From assembly GCA_037441145.1 (NCBI GenBank), contig JBBISR010000007.1:24988-88987 (forward strand): a DNA stretch of 64,000 nucleotides, read 5' to 3'. Below the pieces are notes generated by a model. It was not told the DNA's origin and searched no databases. It worked only from the letters and a program-made list of their open reading frames with translations. Source of the stretch: Armatimonadota bacterium (lineage in GTDB: Bacteria; Vulcanimicrobiota; Vulcanimicrobiia; Vulcanimicrobiales; Vulcanimicrobiaceae). The position numbers and the translations under genes are program-made. Below, in pieces: positions 63,429 through 64,000 of this stretch (position 1 is its first letter; each line of letters opens with the position of its first letter).

Positions 63429-63799
63429 GGTCGTACAGGAGCCCTTCGACGCTCTGTTGGGCGCATTATCAACCGCGCTTCGCTCAAAAGACTTGCGGAA
63501 GCAGCGGTGATGGGACCGCACCAAAGCGCCTTTGGAGAAGACCGTCGCAGAGGAAAATTCGCGTATCGGCCGACGACGTCACGAACATCGATTTGCAGAT
63601 CATGCGCAGCCATGGTGCACCGATCCGTTGTCGTGCTAGTTTGCGCGACGTGGGGCGGCGAGTCCGTCGGAATCTTCGCTTTGGCCGCCGTGTGGTATAA
63701 GGCTGGTCTCAAGTCTTCGGAGGGATAAAAGCAAACCTCCTAGTAATGCCCACGGCGTAGCCATTTGCTGCCACACTTTTCGTTTAGGGGTAACGAGGT

Positions 63800-64000
63800 T
63801 TGAATAAGATTGTTCTTGTTTTTCTCGCCGTCCTTTTAAGCTCGTGTTCGTCGGGAACGATTGCAAAACCGATGCCGAGTGCCTCTCCATCTGCTGTGCA
63901 CAATCTGACGATTCAGCCTACTGCGAACGGGCGCGTGATCAATTTCTCGATCGCTAGCGCAGCAAACACGAGCGTTCCCATGACGATCGTCATGACAACG
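63800..64000 (+). CDS. probable lipoprotein, 3'-partial (runs off the window end)
   Basis: Hand translation from TTG 63800 gives (M)NKIVLVFLAVLLSSC|SSGTIAKPMPSASPSAVHNLTIQPTANGRV..., with a lipobox and an open frame to the window end. It is absent from the ORF track, presumably because there is no stop. The start codon is weakly supported. Confidence 0.35.
   Translation, partial: MNKIVLVFLAVLLSSCSSGTIAKPMPSASPSAVHNLTIQPTANGRVINFSIASAANTSVPMTIVMTT

Noticed and set aside
63206-63890. ORFs 63206-63712 (-), 63401-63700 (+), 63507-63728 (+) and 63636-63890 (-)
   Set aside because: One is antisense to the RHH gene, and the others lie in the gap after it. They have no RBS and odd composition (Arg, Cys, Ser and Trp-rich), and none resembles a toxin family I know. 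I kept the gap as an open question in the findings instead.
1-64000. Scan for CRISPR arrays, rRNA genes, IS elements, transposases, integrases and prophage genes
   Set aside because: I saw no regularly spaced short repeats, no rRNA-like sequence, and no DDE, tyrosine or serine recombinase-like ORFs in any frame. The only mobile-looking feature is the recombinase-less islet at 45.4-46.6 kb.

Overview
Densely coding, high-GC bacterial chromosomal segment with about 60 genes. I found no rRNA, CRISPR array, IS element, transposase or integrase. Most of it is housekeeping: biotin synthesis (bioB, plus an HD-bioA-bioF-bioD chain on the minus strand), dnaG-rpoD, one tRNA-Leu(GAG), an RND pump, an M1 aminopeptidase, PBP4, tldD/pmbA, malic enzyme, several ABC transporter parts, two response regulators, one chemoreceptor and many envelope or secreted proteins. 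Gene junctions are very often 4-nt start/stop overlaps (ATGA/GTGA), and I used this to choose starts. The long Arg/Ala-rich ORFs antisense to these genes are high-GC shadow ORFs. The most interesting region is 45.34-46.68 kb. A roughly 1.2 kb low-GC islet sits in the 3' end of pmbA, bounded by an 82-nt imperfect direct repeat of the pmbA terminus. It carries only two genes: a stand-alone RelA/SpoT-type small alarmone synthetase with intact catalytic motifs and a helical acidic tail, and a tightly linked 81-aa acidic protein. I read this as a candidate toxSAS-like toxin-antitoxin or abortive-infection module on an integrase-less islet. Secondary observations are: a translationally coupled DUF2079 / DTBS-like P-loop / MutS-domain-V ATPase operon near a BKACE gene; an in-frame TAG between a 61-codon ORF and an SDR that lacks a canonical start; several genes whose homology-supported N-termini lack ATG/GTG/TTG; a three-repeat secreted protein wedged between tldD and pmbA; and a second low-GC stretch at the window end with an orphan ribbon-helix-helix gene. 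All functional calls come from reading the translated ORFs by eye. No database search was run.
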